Origin: Paraspadella gotoi
Lineage: Eukaryota; Animalia; Chaetognatha
Assembly (NCBI GenBank): GCA_051294375.1
Contig: JBJCIZ010000028.1
Coordinates: 2,025,053 to 2,089,052, forward strand
DNA length: 64,000 nucleotides
Direction: 5' to 3'
Position numbers and translations under genes: made by a program. Below are positions 39,899 to 49,291 of this stretch, one piece after another (positions within the stretch are counted from its first letter, which is position 1; every line of letters begins with the position of its first letter). Below the pieces are notes generated by a model. It searched no databases, was not told where the DNA came from, and worked only from the letters and a program-made list of their open reading frames with translations.

Positions 39899-40760
39899 AT
39901 TTGAATTTGAATTTATTCAATGGGGATTTAGGCACAAAATAATACAATAGGCCATAAAAAGCTACTTCATTACATTTAAGTCTACGAATTTAGGCATTCA
40001 TCATGAAATCTTTCCAATTTACAATTTATGCATGTATTTTCCCTTTGTAAATAATCCCATCCCAACACTGTTGGGATCGGCTAGAACCAAATTCCGNNNN
40101 NNNNNNTTTTCAATCCCCGTACAGCAAAGTTTTTAACATAGTCATATAATATAACCAATCAATGTTCGCTGATGGCACGTTGTTCATAATTGACATTTAT
40201 AATTTTTCGTAATTAAATTTCACCACGCTATAATCCTGAGGTTTTAACCTTTTAACGTCTCCTCCTCCTCCTCCTCCTCCCTCCGCCTCCTCGCACATCC
40301 TCCTCAACTTGGAGGATATCCTGGCGAGCGACTTGGCGTAATGAAGCTGAAGGTCGACCCTCTCTTGAAGGAGAGCCGAGGCGTCGCGGGTGAAGTCCGA
40401 GTTGGTCTTCAGGACGCGGAGGAGAACCTCGAGGCCGGGGGTGGAGCCTGTCCCGGGGGGGGGTAGGATAGGGTGGTTCGGATAGGGGATTGGGATTAGG
40501 ATAGTGATTAGGATAGGGATTAGGATTGTGTGAGATGGTCAGAGTGAAAAATGGTATCAAGGTTATGACGATTGAGAATTTAAGTACATACATATGAAAC
40601 GAGCAATTATAAATTAATCTTGGATCAATGAGTGGATCTATCAGTCCTTCTATAAATCAATCAATAAATAAATCAATCAATCATCACCTGAATTTGCCCA
40701 AAACGAATCCCGAAAGGGAAAGGCGACTAGAGACTCTGACTCTGTTGATGACGACGCCAT
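3051..40760 (-). CDS. NOSTRIN: Nostrin-like F-BAR (FCH) + HR1 protein, multi-exon gene span; the C-terminal SH3 exon was not seen
   Basis: Spliced exons with compatible phases give MASSSTESESLVAFPFRDSFWANSGSTPGLEVLLRVLKTNSDFTRDASALLQERVDLQLHYAKSLARISSKL (FCH N-terminus), ...LIKTEMDYYSSSRKAEMARQESE|SAHLAAASSLHVLESARV...DIDGTVRRRGTG (F-BAR C-terminus) and RRRQNL...DLAAEEAAK...LLKAY...WLRATLRKI...DKTGTMQWTMRIP (HR1/REM-like). The order matches invertebrate Nostrin as recalled; no search run. Confidence 0.75.
3991..4246 (-). CDS. Nostrin-like exon, F-BAR C-terminal helix
   Basis: Acceptor TTCAG, open frame SAHLAAASSLHVLESARVSAVAAAHRKYAAFL...DIDGTVRRRGTGGAAAELLLP (part of ORF 3914..4309), donor GTTTGT. 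Confidence 0.7.
5151..5330 (-). CDS. Nostrin-like exon (consensus KDRQKLESRLKKSTESLIKTEMDYYSSSRKAEMARQESE); second copy ~10759-10930
   Basis: Consensus of two indel-containing copies; donor GTGAG, phase 0, joins the 4246 exon in frame. The 5' boundary is approximate. Confidence 0.65.
5657..5829 (+). repeat. Compound (GAAAT/CAAAT)n-(CAAGT)n microsatellite; homologue at 11253-11394
   Basis: Directly visible. Confidence 0.9.
5837..6063 (-). CDS. Nostrin-like coiled-coil exon, frameshifted as assembled; further copies at ~11403-11629 and 17493-17723
   Basis: GC-rich island ending ...AAAERRCEEAKAEE...GEAEKRKRAVDG followed by donor GTGAGT; acceptor CACAG is intact in the third copy. Confidence 0.55.
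16319..17480 (+). repeat. (CAAAT)n pentanucleotide microsatellite, degenerate, ~1.1 kb
   Basis: Directly visible aaatc repeats. Confidence 0.95.
17481..19090 (+). repeat. Third, more diverged partial copy of the 5825-7460 segment
   Basis: Collinear similarity from atgaaactcaccc to ttgtacattatcaatc, with a shorter (AG)-rich tract and a 202-bp insertion. Confidence 0.9.
18596..18797 (+). mobile_element. tRNA-containing fixed-end element, copy 1 (internal deletion), TSD ATAC
   Basis: atac|TATGGTGG...GTCTCTTCA|atac; absent at the homologous sites ~7165 and ~12730. Confidence 0.9.
19426..20643 (+). CDS. Putative DZIP3/hRUL138-type HEPN domain + coiled coil + poly-Asp + Pro/Gln-rich region; probably a first exon, 5' part frameshifted
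   Basis: ORF 19608..20729 contains GDVSFF...SDLLRDKRNAISHDDGSGIDDEECYELF (R-x4-H). Upstream NHSRL..AILIDG(T)LMYKSLF needs indel correction. Donor CTG|GTAAGG at 20643. Confidence 0.6.
20920..22940 (+). repeat. 16-bp minisatellite (TGCAAATTCATTCCTG)n, ~2 kb
   Basis: Directly visible; it explains the CKFIPVQIHSCANSFL pseudo-ORFs in all frames. Confidence 0.95.
22985..23222 (+). repeat. Degenerate (GGTTAG/TTAGGG)-like tract; similar tract at 20866-20896
   Basis: gcttagggttaaaggttaggaacttagggtttaaggttaggg. Confidence 0.7.
27355..28560 (+). pseudogene. Indel-rich copy of the kelch ORF 3' half and its downstream flank (37455-38250)
   Basis: cacaccctttccccatctcagcctctcaactcgtcctgg, gcggcgacgatgaagg, gtcggaggatatct and ggcaatccaaaaatgag match 37455-37790, with many insertions. 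Confidence 0.75.
32400..33500 (-). pseudogene. Possible WD40-repeat gene exons in error-rich sequence
   Basis: Minus-strand reading KVLDFQFLVDSGLAVSLSVRDGSGVVW, then (frame-corrected) EVRT, a donor GTATAT, and CISDLVT in the next GC-rich block. This resembles a WD40 blade; the frames are broken. Confidence 0.35.
37027..37740 (+). CDS. Kelch-repeat protein (KLHDC1/2-like, C-terminal blades), antisense within the Nostrin-like intron
   Basis: PSPRYGHSGWSFEGKLYFLGG, PPSPR...VYIHGGWGNKVLNDFHFLN, HHTLSPISASQLVLVGG, AHRAIVV...LICVGG: about 4 kelch blades, stop TAA at 37740. The start may be an ATG or an exon boundary. Confidence 0.85.
   Translation: MYQPCSPPVPLSPFGEFKHLIPVGDVPSPRYGHSGWSFEGKLYFLGGLGPKGEGGDLVEMTLRPGMFLNNQLIQFDPENNCFSLFPTKGQPPSPRIFFAEARLKENVYIHGGWGNKVLNDFHFLNMKSQSWSSLTFGLPAAICHHTLSPISASQLVLVGGLTSSGPSKKIFVFDVKDSSFTKVQNLPSEFCGDDEGLFAHRAIVVTKEKRATGLICVGGYLDGNNNKHPNHIIKFDL
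38554..39114 (-). CDS. Probable Nostrin-like exon(s) 3, interrupted by an N gap
   Basis: Acceptor CCTCAG in matching phase (SIGDAATGNDDDAAADASEQDA...), GC-rich, donor GTGAGG. The end reads GWRVVAQQMR only if two 1-nt indels are corrected. Confidence 0.5.
40249..40447 (-). CDS. Nostrin-like exon 2 (GSTPGLEVLLRVLKTNSDFTRDASALLQERVDLQLHYAKSLARISSKLRRMCEEAEGGG...DVK)
   Basis: Acceptor GACAG, open frame continuing exon 1, ER-x-D-x4-YAK-x-L FCH motif, donor GTTAAA. Confidence 0.8.
40688..40760 (-). CDS. Nostrin-like exon 1 (MASSSTESESLVAFPFRDSFWANS-G)
   Basis: ATG at 40760, 73 nt (phase 1), donor GTGATG; F-x-D-S-F-W FCH signature. Confidence 0.8.
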
Positions 40761-40804
<44 letters not shown>

Positions 40805-40861
40805 GAGCAGGAGAGTGAAGAGAGCGAGAGAGAGAGAGAGAGCAGAGAAGAGATGACGGTG

Positions 40862-41052
40862 CTTAAAAATCGTCTTTTTTTATATCGAATGGCCTTTCAT
40901 TTTTAAACTTGACTTCGATTTACTGTAAATATTTTATATTTTAAACGAGTTTAAAACCGAAAAGAAAATTAGATCGACAGAGAAAAACAAAGTCTTGTCT
41001 TTCGGATTGAGTTAAATTTTCCCGTCGATGACACGAAAATTCGAACTTTGAA

Positions 41053-41128
<76 letters not shown>

Positions 41129-41433
41129 ACTGACCATTTAAAGTGTCGCTTAATTTAACCGAATCTCGCCATTGGTTATCGTGGTGTTATTCGATTTCTT
41201 TTTTTCNNNNNNNNNNNNNNNNNNNNNNNNNAGAGAAAACTGAGACTTAAAAATCGTCTTTTTTTATATCGAATGGCCTTTCATTTTAAACTTGACTTCG
41301 ATTTACTGATTTAATATTTTTATATTTTAAACGAGTTTAAAACGAAAGAAAATTAGATCGAGCAGAAAAAACAAAGTCTTGTCTTTCGGATTGAGTTAAA
41401 TTTTCCGTCGATGACACGAAAATTCGAACTTTG

Positions 41434-41502
<69 letters not shown>

Positions 41503-41582
41503 ACTGACATTTAAGTGTCGCTTAATTAACGGAATCTCGCCATTGGTTATCGTTGTTGTTATTTCGATTTCTTCTTTTTTTC
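40862..41582 (+). repeat. ~345-bp direct duplication across a 25-N gap (40862-41206 and 41246-41582)
   Basis: cttaaaaatcgtctttttttatatcgaatggcc...(CT)n...cattggttatcgt occurs twice; probably a contig overlap. Confidence 0.9.
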
Positions 41583-42204
41583 ACCGCAGTGAAAGAATCA
41601 AATCTCTCTCTGTTTTTTTTTTTTTTTTTCACCCGCAGGAAAAGATCCAATCGTTTTGGCTTTTGAAAGAAAACCACAATTTTTTTTATTGGCTTCTTTT
41701 TCGCAATGTAGAAATTATTTCATTAGTTCAATGGGTTCTACATTTTTATGAAACTTCTTAGCGCTAAGTAATCTTAACATTAAATTGTTATAGTTTAATT
41801 GATATAATTGAATTCATCTTACTACTACTAAAATTTCAGTTGTAGAAAATAAAACGAAGAAAGACAATATTTAATGAAAATGATTAAAATTGTTTTGGTG
41901 CAAAAATATTTTTTTATATTTTTGTGAAAATGGTTCGTGCTAAACTCTTAGGAAGTTAGGAGAATACAATAACAATTTATAGCAGATTAGTATTTAAAAT
42001 ATAATGGATGAAAATGAAACATCAAAAGATAAGAACAATTTTTTAAATTTTTTAAATTACTAGATTTTCACTTACTTTAAGTATTCATTCACATAAGCCA
42101 ATTGGTTAAAATTCTTTAGCTTCATAGAGTTTTTATCCCTCATTGTAATTTACAGAATTGAGTGACTAAGAAGTCTGGGACCGTGAGTCTTGATTGAAAG
42201 CTTG

Positions 42205-42330
42205 CAGGGACCTGCTTTGTCATTATCTTGTAAGAGTGATGGAGGCCTTGAACCACCAAAGCCTGTCACAGGTAACCCGGCTAATGCCATAGTTTAATTT
42301 TTATATTGGACGGACCAATTTCATATTGTA
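42205..42330 (+). repeat. Second short dispersed repeat family; copies at ~48680-48820 (reverse) and ~50060-50185
   Basis: Shared core cttgtaagagtgatggaggcctt(g/a)aaccaccaaagcctgtc and downstream tttttatattgg...accaatttcata. Confidence 0.75.
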
Positions 42331-42409
42331 AAACAATGAATGGTTTATAGATTTCCGAAATGATATCAGCGTGATAGTTAGTATTAAAAACGACTAAATT
42401 AGTTTAGTT

Positions 42410-45400
42410 TTACAGCATCCAAATGACAAAAATCCATCCGGGAATGAAAATTAAAACCAACATCAAAAAATAAGGATAATTATTTGAATACGCGATCTCC
42501 ACTCGCTCCACAAATTCATTGACAAAAGCCGAGGCGTTGAAATTTTTCATTTTCCGAATAAAATTCGTTCCTCTTTCCAATTTACAACATCTAGCCACAT
42601 TTCGTAGTACATTGGCGTGGTTATATATTTCAGATACTATATCGGCGTCGTACGCAGTGATGTGGGTAAAAGTTAAGAATAAGTACCCGATAGTTTTCGT
42701 AGTTTCGTGTTCGATTTCTGTCATATGTCGGTGACATAATTTATAAGTAAAGTGATAGACGACACATCCGGAGAATATTGAGAATAATTTAAAAGAGATC
42801 CTAAATTTGTAACGTTCTATTGAAGGAAGGAAACAATTGGCCAAAAAATAAAGCGATGGAATTACGGAGCAACATAATATTACGAATCCGTAATCCTTTG
42901 AAAAAAGATAATAAAGACTTTCCCGAATGAGCGTTCGCATATCGGGGTCTTCATTATCAATGGATCCATTGTAATAATTCGCGCAAGAATTTAACGTCCT
43001 GTTGCATATTTTCAAAAAATGTTTTACGTTAAACCCTGTATTATATAATGGTACCACCTTGAGATTTATCAGAATGAAACCAGCGCAAACCATTCGATAA
43101 ATTGTTTGGACAAAACGACAAAATTTCAGTTTTTTAAAGATTCCAAAAATATTATCCAAGCTGAAGAAAATAAAATTAAACGCGGCGACCACGAATAATT
43201 TTGACATCAAGTTGGAAAATTTGAAAACGAGCCAATGAGAGCCGGGCAGTTTTTTATGGACTCTCGGTGCGTCCGGTTGGAATCGGCGAATTCCGTTATA
43301 AATGAAATAAGTGGTTTCTCGGGAAATGCGTATGCCAGATACGTCCAGCAAATTAATGTGGCGAATCGAATAATACAGATTCAAATAGATTAAAATCATT
43401 GCAGTTATCATCGGTAGTAATGACAGGCACATTTTTTTAAATCTTCTGATCAATAGTAGATACAGAATAGAGTAAAAAATGTTTAATGTTAAACTAATAA
43501 ACAGGGCAACGAGTTGTAGTCTAACATCCAAGTTTATTAGAAGATAATTTCCCAGAAAAACTATAATTTTTGGTTGTAAATCGTAATAATTATAAAGTTT
43601 GCAATCTTTCGAAGTAGCGTTGAAAGTTGGGTAGAATGAAAACCATAAATGATTCCAGGTGCTAATAATGTAGAACACGTCCCAATTTGTACTAAAACTA
43701 AATTTTTTTTATAATAAAAAACATTTTTAAAATGGCCGCTATCAAAGAAGGGGTCGCCGGACTTTATGGAGTGAGTTAAATATTTATACTTTTTTTCAGA
43801 AAACATTCAATAAAAAAAATATCTAATATGGCTCTAAACCCCAGTTATTATTTTTAAAATATTTATTTGTTGATAGAAAAGACAAAACATTTTTGGGATA
43901 ACTTTGAATTTTTAATACCAGATTCTGATGACTTATAAAAAGTTGTCCAAATAAAAAATAATTCTTTCTTAATATTTTGATAATAAGTGGCTCAAAAATA
44001 GGAAAAACTATAAAAAATTAACCTCATCATTATCTTTTGATGATTTTATCAGTTTTTTTTAAATTTGAAAAAACGTTGACATTTTAAAAAGTTGTAATTA
44101 TATTTTTTTCGACTTTTTATTCTCTACCAGAATCCATAATGAAATTATAGGATTAAAAAAAAAGTGATCTACCATAGGAAATTTCTGGCACATAAATTTC
44201 AGTTGCTTAGTCTTATGATCACTCAGAAATACAGTAGATAAAAAAAACATATTGCCTAGAAGATCATTTGAATTACCTAAAATAAGTTTTAAAGAGACAG
44301 TAATTATTGATAAGTGTTAATGACAGAACCGTTCAATATAAGCAGTCCCTGAGCTTCGGATCAGGCTGTAACACCATGTTACAGGCGGGTTAAGCGCCCC
44401 GTCCCTCTTAACTGCTAGGCGGCTACCGGGCTAGAACCCCGGACCTTTGGGTTGGGAGGCGAATGACTTGCCTCCGGCACCAATGGCCACTGATGAACGG
44501 TTGGTGGATTTTAGTCCACCATAGTTTTAATTTTTTAAGTCATTTTTGGGACGTGATCAAAAAATACCGAGTATCTACAAATCGACCCTCAGTGAGCAAA
44601 CAAAAATCCCGATTGTTTCCCAATACATTGTAAAAAGAAATCTTTGGCAAATCAATCATTTTCAAGCGACGCATTCCCCAATTTACTTTTACTTTATTCG
44701 CAATGTAATAATCTACTTTCACCGCGAAGAAAAATGAACACAACAAAAAATTCATCAAATGCTGAGCGACGATTTGGAATAAAAAGTTTTTGGATGATCG
44801 ATCGAAGGAAATTAAATCACGATTTGATCTTCCTTTTGTCATAATCATCCTTGATATTTCCCTCAATTCAGGTAAAGTACACACTCTAAATATTATAAAA
44901 ATTGCCACAATACCAAACCAGGGATGAAAGTAAACAATTTTAGTGAAAATCATCATGATGCAGATCGAAAGGCCGCAAATCGCCTGCGCGAATCCAAAAA
45001 CGTAACTCGAGAGACGCAAAGGTTTGGCCGCCTTTTGGAAAGTTGAGTGTCGCCGATCCATTGCGAATTTGCCCAAGCTGATAGTTGAGAACGCCACAGA
45101 TACGATGGTCGGGATTTCCTGTCCCACGTTCCAAGTGCATCTGTGACCGTCATAGGCGATTTCTCCCCAACCCAACAACAATTGAAAGCAATTGCAGGTT
45201 TTGTTTCCAATTTGTTTTAGAATTCCATTCTTATTCTCGTAAATGTTTCCTTTTACGCTCAAAGTGAGCAAATTTCCCATATCGTCCAAACCGGGGACGC
45301 AAATTCGATCCGTTTCTGACGTCCAGATCAAAACTGTGGCCAGAGTCTGAAGGAGGAGTTGGGGGTAAGACTCCAAGAGAACGTGCAGAATTTTGAGTCG

Positions 45401-46853
45401 TTCCAACAAAAACTCTTTTGCTTGAAAACGTTCCGCTGACAATAATGAACATGGAAGTATATTAGTATTTAGGTCAAGTCATTTTTTTTTCTTGTATTTC
45501 TATTTTTTCTTTTTTACCTTTCTTTCTTAGCTTTTCACTTATGGTGGACTAAAATCCACCAACCGTTCATCAGCGGCCATTGGTGCCGGAGGCAAGACAT
45601 TCGCCTCCGAACCCAAAGGTCCGGGGTTCTAGCCCGGTGGTCGTCTGGCAGTTAAGAGGGACGGGGCGCTTAACCTGCCTGTCTCTTCACACTATTATTA
45701 ATTTACTTGAATTGTAAGGAAAGAAGCGCACAGGTCCAAAAATGGAATATTATTGGAATATTTTTTCTTATTAACATATTTTACCGCTTTTAAGATAATC
45801 CACCGACGTTTTGTCCAAAGACAGATCCACCATTGCAGGAACGACTCCCAGTCCAAGCGAAAATAATCCGCTCGTCATATAAATTCGTTTGCGATTGCTG
45901 AGGAGTCGTGGAAAGAGTTCCTAGTACAACAAATCGTGATGAAGTTGGCCAGATTAAGTTAATTTTTGTTGTTTTTTTTAATTTTAACTTTAAAATAATA
46001 TGAATTGTAAAAATAATTTACAACTGATTCAACAAAAATAACAAAAATCATAATATGCAAACACCTTAATTAACAAGTGAAGATTTTGAAGAATGGTGGT
46101 TTTTTTACACAACTGCTTTCAGACACAAATATTGAAAATCAACGCAATATATAGTACCATATGAAGAGACAGTAACAATTGTTATATGTTAGTGACAGAA
46201 CCCTGAGCTTCGGATCAGGCTGTAACACCGTGTTACAGGCGGGTTAAACGCCCCGTCCCTCTTAACTGCTAGGCGACCACCGGGCTAGAACCCCGGACAT
46301 TTGGGTTGGGAGTCGAATGATTTGCCGCCAGCACCAATGGCTGTTGATGAACGATTGATGGATTTTAGTCTACCATACATATAAAATATTAAACTATTAA
46401 CCTTGGAGAGCGGTAATTGAAACCAGAGGCAAGTCATTTGCCTTCCAGCCCAAATGTCCGCGTTTTTACCTTCGAGCAGCTAATTTTGACCGACTGCTAA
46501 ACCGGCTTGTTCCGTGATGCTACAGCCCGATCCCAAGCTCAAGGATCGCTCTAATATGAGCGATTGACTCATTAATATTGCTAATATTGTCTCTACAATA
46601 ATTAAAATTGAATATTTCATGAAAAGCCGGGTTCACCGATCAAATGAATTACCTTGTTCCTCTTCAGGAAGATGTAACCGTGAATTGTGGACACGACACA
46701 GTGAACCATCAGGGTGACGGTCAAGACTCCGGCTAAAATAAGCAATTTGCGTGACTCACTGTGCAAAAACGAGTGAATCGTCCTGACGTCGGTGATCACG
46801 TCCAAAAGCGTGATGCCAACGTTCACAATCAACGCGAGAAGCGAGAGAACCAT
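42410..46853 (-). CDS. XK-related (XKR scramblase family) multi-pass membrane protein; exons 46853-46653, 45920-45785, 45435-~44569, ~43760-42410
   Basis: Exon 1 has LLDVITD (XK DxxTD motif) and exon 3 has HVLLESYPQLLLQ (XK LESxPQLxLQ). GT-AG boundaries and phases (0, 1) are consistent for exons 1-3. The join to exon 4 is uncertain. Confidence 0.75.
44290..44523 (-). mobile_element. tRNA-containing fixed-end element, copy 2 (234 bp), TSD GTTT on + strand
   Basis: gttt|TAAAGAGACAG...GTCCACCATA|gttt. Confidence 0.9.
45540..45689 (+). mobile_element. tRNA-containing fixed-end element, copy 3 (150 bp, internally deleted), TSD CACT
   Basis: cact|TATGGTGG...GCCTGTCTCTTCA|cact; the deletion joins two CTGT motifs. 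Confidence 0.9.
46162..46377 (-). mobile_element. tRNA-containing fixed-end element, copy 4 (216 bp), TSD CATA
   Basis: cata|TGAAGAGACAG...GTCTACCATA|cata. Confidence 0.9.
46423..46562 (+). mobile_element. Old diverged relic related to the 234-bp element
   Basis: gaggcaagtcatttgccttccagcccaaatgtcc and tacagcccgatcccaagctcaagga align to the element core; the ends are not recognisable. Confidence 0.6.
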
Positions 46854-47021
46854 GTCTCAAAAAAGAAATTTTGACTTAAAAATGATATCTAATTATAAAT
46901 ATTGGATCAAGTTTATTAATCTTGTGTTGTACAGATGATCTCTCAATATTCAGAAAAAAACGCTGGCCTCCCTCTACAAATATTTAAAATTTAATTGTTA
47001 GAATCTTGTTTTTTAACAAAG

Positions 47022-47255
47022 TGAAGAGACGGTAATTATTGTTACGTGTTAGTGATAGAACCGTTCAATATAAGCAGTCCCTGAGCTTCGGATCAGGCTG
47101 TAACACCATGTAACAGGCGTGTTAAGCGCCCCGTCCCACCTAACTGCCAGAGGACCACCTGGCTAGAACCCCGGACCTTTGGGTTGGGAGGCGACTGACT
47201 TGCCTCCGGCACCAATGGCCGCTGATGAACGGTTGGTGGATTTTTGTCCACCATA
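47022..47255 (-). mobile_element. tRNA-containing fixed-end element, copy 5 (234 bp), TSD AAAG
   Basis: aaag|TGAAGAGACGG...GTCCACCATA|aaag. Confidence 0.9.
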
Positions 47256-48318
47256 AAAGTTAATTATTTTGATAAAATTATAACTATATTTTCATATGTT
47301 TAAAAGAAAAATTTTTAAAAGTATGGTAAAACATTTTGTAACTTTGAGATAAAAATTAGAATCTATAGATATAGAACAGAGAAGAACGGAGAGCTGAAAG
47401 TGCGACTACATCAATGGCAATAATAGAGAGCGAGAGTGAGAGCGAGAGAGAGGGATGGAGTGGCAGCTCGAATGTCAACTTCCTCATAATCTGTCATTAT
47501 TCTCGATACATAAAATTAACAAGTCAAGACAACCTTGGTGAAAATGTCAGAGTCATTATTCGCGTCCATCTTGATTGCGCGTTTAAAATGTCACGAATCG
47601 CGATTTTGTGCCACTTTCTTGGTTTTTTGTGCCACTTTTTTGCCACTTTTTTGTGCCACTTTCTTGGTTTTTTATCGCGAAAGGGAGAAAAGTGTGAAAT
47701 TTTTTGGTTTATGTTAAAAAAGTAAAAATATTGCATAAAGAGTACACTATGGCAACCGCCGGGTTGTCCTTGATGCCCATTGGGATGAGGCATCTGTTGG
47801 CTTTGGGGGATTCCGACCCTCAGTAACGCCTTCTGTCACTGGTGCGGTTACCCTAGGACGGTCTCGCTTTGCCAACGCAGAGAGAAGTTGAGAAGCTTTA
47901 TCTAGATTTTAATACAAATAAAAATAACAACCTTTACAACTTCCAATAGTAAAAATTTCCAATTGTAAACAATTGTAATAATTTTTTTGTCTTTTTTTTA
48001 TTTTGTCGCTGCCTTTTCTGATTTGTCATAATTTTTCGTTTTTATGTTTTATATTTTTTGTTTTTGTTTTTGCTTCCATTTTTTACTTGACGTTTCTCGG
48101 TTTTTTACTGTTTCTGGTTTTTATGATTTTGACATTTGATCCTTGAACGGTTTTGAACGTTATTTTTTATAGTTTCTTATGAATTAGTTCTTAATTTAAA
48201 AAAATAATAATACTTGGGAGATACAGTTCCGAGTTTTTTACATTATTATTGATGCTGTTACTGTTCTTGTATTCAATTGTGTTACGATTACTATTACTAT
48301 TACTACTTTTGTTATTAA

Positions 48319-48376
<58 letters not shown>

Positions 48377-49055
48377 CCTTTGAATATAAATACGTAAGGC
48401 GAACTGTATTCGCGACATTGCATTCATTAAATATCTAATATTACAATTTATATTTACTAAAACAAAACTGTTTTGTCGTCTTTTGTTTCCTTTTGCTCCA
48501 ATTTTGGGGTCAGGATAAAACTCGGCCGACACTGAGGTCAAAGGCGTCGCCAAAGATAACATTCCTTTAAAATCCGACTCTGAAACTCAACCGCCCTACA
48601 ATAACAACAATGACCCGCATGAGACAGAAAACCTTCTTTTTGAGTTGACAAGTACGTACATACTATTTCAATAGTTTCAATTGCACGATATTGGTACAAT
48701 CAAGAGCAAAAATTATCCATTCATTAAATACATAAGCTCTCTGGTACTACTATTACTTTGGACAGGCTTTGGTGGTTTAAGGCCTCCATCACTCTTACAA
48801 GATAATGACAAAGCGGGTTTTGATATTCATTCCCAGAGAACCTGGCTTCATTATTATCAATGAAAGAGTATAATGTTTCAAGAACAATGTAGAATGTAGA
48901 TTGTATTGAAACCACGTTTTATGTTCTATCACTGAACAATTTAAATTAATAAAATAAGCAGATGGCGACTCTGTTGGCCGTTGGATTCTTCACCGAGTAA
49001 GAGGTTCCGGATTCCGCCCAGTCAACTTCGAAATGGGACGTCAGAAATTAAAAGA

Positions 49056-49104
<49 letters not shown>

Positions 49105-49291
49105 ACTTTAATTTTCCTTACGTCGTGACCAAAAAAAAATAATTGTAATTTTGGCAATTCTTGCTCCTTGTCTACGTAAAAAATTGAAATTTGTTTTAAC
49201 AGCAATGAAATGAATATAAACAAATGAATTCAATATTCCTATATTTAAATTAAACTACCTCTATTATTACAAACGATTATTTTATCACAGG

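Noticed and set aside
44395-44465. Twister-ribozyme-like TAAC...CCGG-loop-CCGG...GGGAGG pattern
   Set aside because: The loop lacks the twister pseudoknot residues and is simply the reverse complement of the tRNA-like T arm.
44480-44523. Hammerhead ribozyme suggested by CTGATGA in the element
   Set aside because: No stem II followed by GAAA and no stem III/UH site in any copy.
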